Part shown: in pieces, positions 34,571-36,993 of the stretch
Layout: each line of letters opens with the position of its first letter
Numbering within the stretch: the stretch's first letter is position 1
Program-made: the position numbers and the translations under genes
Origin: Pseudomonadota bacterium
Lineage (GTDB): Bacteria; Pseudomonadota; Alphaproteobacteria; Acetobacterales; Acetobacteraceae
Reading direction: 5' to 3'
DNA length: 36,993 nucleotides
NCBI GenBank assembly: GCA_021808185.1
Contig: JAKBCB010000001.1
Span: 1 to 36,993 of the forward strand
Notes under the pieces: generated by a model
What the model saw: only the letters and a program-made list of their open reading frames with translations
Told to the model about the DNA's origin: nothing
Database searches by the model: none

Positions 34571-36993
34571 ATGAACGACGCAACACCGAGCGAGACCGCC
34601 GAGGCCACCGTGCTGCTGGAGCTGGAGCAGCCGCAGCCCGGTTCGGTGATCCATGCCGCGGAACCGCTGCTGGGCTTCGGCTGGGCGCTGGCCGACGACC
34701 CGATCATTGCGATCTCGGTCGATCTGAATGGGCAACATCTGTGCGACGCCACGACCGGCCTGCCGCACAACGATGTCGCGGAGCTGCATGTCGATCATCC
34801 GGGCAGCGCGCGCGCCGGCTTCACGTTCATCGCCCAGTTGCCGCCGTCCCGCTCGGGCCCGGCGGAATTGCGCCTGCGCCTGCGCACCGAAGCCGGGGAA
34901 CACGCCTACACGGTGCCGGTGGAGATCGTCGGCGGGATCGACGCGCCGCCCGACGCACCGCCCGACGCACCGGCAGACCTGGAGCCGATCCGGCTGCAAC
35001 TGGAGGAAGCGCGCATCGACGGCGCCGGCGGGCTGCACGTGCGCGGCTGGGCGTTGGCGGCGCGCGAGGTGCGCAGCGTGGAGGTGTTCTTCGGTCAGCG
35101 CTCGCTCGGCTTCGCCGACACCGCCCTCTCGCGCGCGGACGTGGCCAGCGCCTTCCCCACTTACCCGAACGCGACCATGGCCGGCTTCGCGCTGCACCTG
35201 GCGCTGGCTCCGGAGCAGATCGGCGCCGAGAGTGTCACCGTCGTCGCCACCGACGGCGCAGGGAAAACATTGTCGACTACCCGCACCGCCACCGGCAACC
35301 TCGGCGCGGAGGCGGGCGGCGCCACGCCGGCAGCGCCGAAGCTCGCGCCGATGCTGGTGACGCTGGAGGAAGCGCGGATCAACGAACTGGGCGTGCTGAG
35401 GGTGCGCGGCTGGGCCGTCAGCCTCGGGCCGATCGAACAGGTGCGCGTGCTGCTCGACGACCAGCAGATCGGTGTGGCCGCGCACAACATGCCGCGCGAG
35501 GATGTCGGGCAGGCGCATCCGGACTACCCGAACGCCAAGATCGCCGGTTTCCTGCTGCAACTCGACGTGCCGGACGAGCGGCTGGCCGGGCGGACGCTGC
35601 GCGTGGCGGTCGCCGGAATGGGCGGCATCCGGCGCGAGGCAACGGGGGTCGTCACCGCCGCCCCGGTGATCCGCCGGCGCGAGCGCGAGGCGGCGGAAAT
35701 CCATTTTCATTGCGACGCGATCTCGCTGAGCGAGGGCGGCGCGCTGTTGCTCAACGGCTGGGCGGTCTGCCCGAGCGGGACCGAAGCGATCGAGGTCGAT
35801 CTCGACGACGAGGCGCTCGGCCAAGCCGAGATCGGTCAGGAACGGCCGGATGTCGGCAATCATTTCCCGCTGATCCCGGGCTCGCGCACCGCCGGGTTCC
35901 GCTTCTTCGCCCGCTCCGCCACACGCCACGCGGGCGAGCATATCGTGCGCATCACCGTGCGCGGGCACGATGGCGAGAGCCGCGCCGTGCTGCTGCCGGT
36001 GCTGGCCGAACCGGAGCAGCCGCAAGCCACCACGGCGGCGGCCCCGGCAGGCGAGGCCGGGATCCGCTTCTTCCTCGATGCCCCGGCACTGCGGGACGGC
36101 CTCGCGGTCGAGACGGTACGCGGCTTCCTCTCGATCAATGGCTGGGCGTTCTCCGGCGCCGGCATCACCGGGATCGAGGTGATTGTCGATGGCCGCTCCC
36201 AGGGGCAGGCCTATCGCGGCATCCGGCGCGATGATCTGGTGAAGACCTTCGGGCAAAAGGAGGCGCTGCGCTCGGGCTTCGCCATGTTGGTGCCGCCGCA
36301 GGTGCTCAAGCAGGGCCGCCACGACCTGCGCGTGGTGATCCGCGACGGCGCGGGGCATGTCGAGGACATCGCCTTCTCGGTGGAGGCGGAGCCGAGCCTG
36401 GACGGCCCCGGCCCGTGGTCGCCGCGACGCCGGATCACCCAGGCGGAGGCCGATCTGGGCAACGCGCTGCTCGCGGCCTCGGGATTCCAGCCGGAATGGA
36501 TACTGCTGCTGCCGCCCGGCGGCCCGGCGGCGGCGCAGGCCAGGCGCGTGCGCGCCACGCTCGACAGCATCCGGCCGCAGGCATACGCGAACTGGACCGT
36601 GGTTGTGCCGACGGCAAATGAGGCCGAGCGCGATGCGCTGGCTTCCTTGCTCACGGAGGACCAGGCCGACCTGCTGGCGCGCGTGCGCATTGTCGTTGCC
36701 GGTGCCGCAACGCCGCTCGCCGATCTGCTGGGCGCGAGCGATGCCCCCCGCTTCGCCGCGCTGCTCTCGCCCGGCGACGTGTTGGGTGAGGATGCGCTGC
36801 TGGAACTGTCCATCGCGGCGGCGGACCCGGAGCGCCCGGATTTTCTCTACTGCGACGAACGCCGCTCCGATCCGGCGGACGGGCAGACACGCGCCTTCTT
36901 CAAGCCGGACTGGTCGCCGGACCTGCTGCTCTCCACCAACTACATCGGCCGGCTATGGGCGGTGACACCCCAGTTGCTGACCCGCGCGGGCGC
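34571..36993 (+). CDS. Large glycosyltransferase family 2-like protein with five N-terminal tandem beta-sandwich repeats (3' end outside window)
   Basis: Absent from the track because the frame is open to the window edge. Five repeats of about 120 aa carry GWA…(R)xDV/L…GF (Gly codons at 34679, 35045, 35408, 35756, 36140). They are followed by TLDSIRPQAYANW…GDVL…LYCDE…FFKPDWSPDLLLSTNYIG, typical of large O-antigen/S-layer GT2 proteins. Confidence 0.85.
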   Translation, partial: MNDATPSETAEATVLLELEQPQPGSVIHAAEPLLGFGWALADDPIIAISVDLNGQHLCDATTGLPHNDVAELHVDHPGSARAGFTFIAQLPPSRSGPAELRLRLRTEAGEHAYTVPVEIVGGIDAPPDAPPDAPADLEPIRLQLEEARIDGAGGLHVRGWALAAREVRSVEVFFGQRSLGFADTALSRADVASAFPTYPNATMAGFALHLALAPEQIGAESVTVVATDGAGKTLSTTRTATGNLGAEAGGATPAAPKLAPMLVTLEEARINELGVLRVRGWAVSLGPIEQVRVLLDDQQIGVAAHNMPREDVGQAHPDYPNAKIAGFLLQLDVPDERLAGRTLRVAVAGMGGIRREATGVVTAAPVIRRREREAAEIHFHCDAISLSEGGALLLNGWAVCPSGTEAIEVDLDDEALGQAEIGQERPDVGNHFPLIPGSRTAGFRFFARSATRHAGEHIVRITVRGHDGESRAVLLPVLAEPEQPQATTAAAPAGEAGIRFFLDAPALRDGLAVETVRGFLSINGWAFSGAGITGIEVIVDGRSQGQAYRGIRRDDLVKTFGQKEALRSGFAMLVPPQVLKQGRHDLRVVIRDGAGHVEDIAFSVEAEPSLDGPGPWSPRRRITQAEADLGNALLAASGFQPEWILLLPPGGPAAAQARRVRATLDSIRPQAYANWTVVVPTANEAERDALASLLTEDQADLLARVRIVVAGAATPLADLLGASDAPRFAALLSPGDVLGEDALLELSIAAADPERPDFLYCDERRSDPADGQTRAFFKPDWSPDLLLSTNYIGRLWAVTPQLLTRAG
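34940..34975 (+). repeat. In-frame 12-bp tandem repeat x3 (DAPP-DAPP-DAPA linker)
   Basis: GACGCGCCGCCC GACGCACCGCCC GACGCACCGGCA between repeats 1 and 2 of the glycosyltransferase. Confidence 0.75.

Noticed and set aside
34457-36358. 633-aa minus-strand ORF and other track ORFs in 34.4-37 kb
   Set aside because: Shadows of the unlisted plus-strand glycosyltransferase frame starting at 34571.
1-36993. CRISPR arrays, tRNA/rRNA, transposases, integrases, prophage genes
   Set aside because: No regularly spaced repeats, recognisable structural RNA or mobile-element protein motifs were seen by eye. A covariance-model scan would be needed to exclude small ncRNAs.

Overview
GC-rich alphaproteobacterial chromosomal window. 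Gene content and repeat style suggest Acetobacteraceae/Rhodospirillales, which is an inference. It holds about 35 real genes; most long ORFs in the supplied track are GC-rich antisense or shadow frames. From left to right: a truncated M14 desuccinylase/aspartoacylase, two uncharacterised Ala-rich proteins, enoyl-CoA hydratase, an AlkA-type glycosylase, an OmpR/EnvZ-type two-component pair, a three-gene operon with an Asp/Glu-racemase-like protein, YqaA/DedA, and a PEP-CTERM protein behind an FNR-like palindrome. Next come an overlapping operon (exported alpha/beta hydrolase, multi-pass membrane protein with a spermidine-synthase-like domain, Tat-signal divergent PIMT), a DAO-family oxidoreductase, a transglutaminase/DUF2126 protein, a secreted caspase-like protein, gluconokinase, a CopC variant, thioesterase, esterases, DUF3096, an LhgO-like oxidoreductase, GntR, DUF4864 and DUF2934. 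The window ends with hpnE-shc and an FkbH/ACP/repeat-domain glycosyltransferase locus that runs off the right end. I saw no rRNA, tRNA, CRISPR array, transposase or integrase. The best candidate for an undescribed system is the 10.4-14.6 kb operon (putative extracytoplasmic carboxyl-methylation/demethylation module), followed by the FkbH-ACP-glycosyltransferase locus. All family calls come from motif recognition by eye, with no database search.
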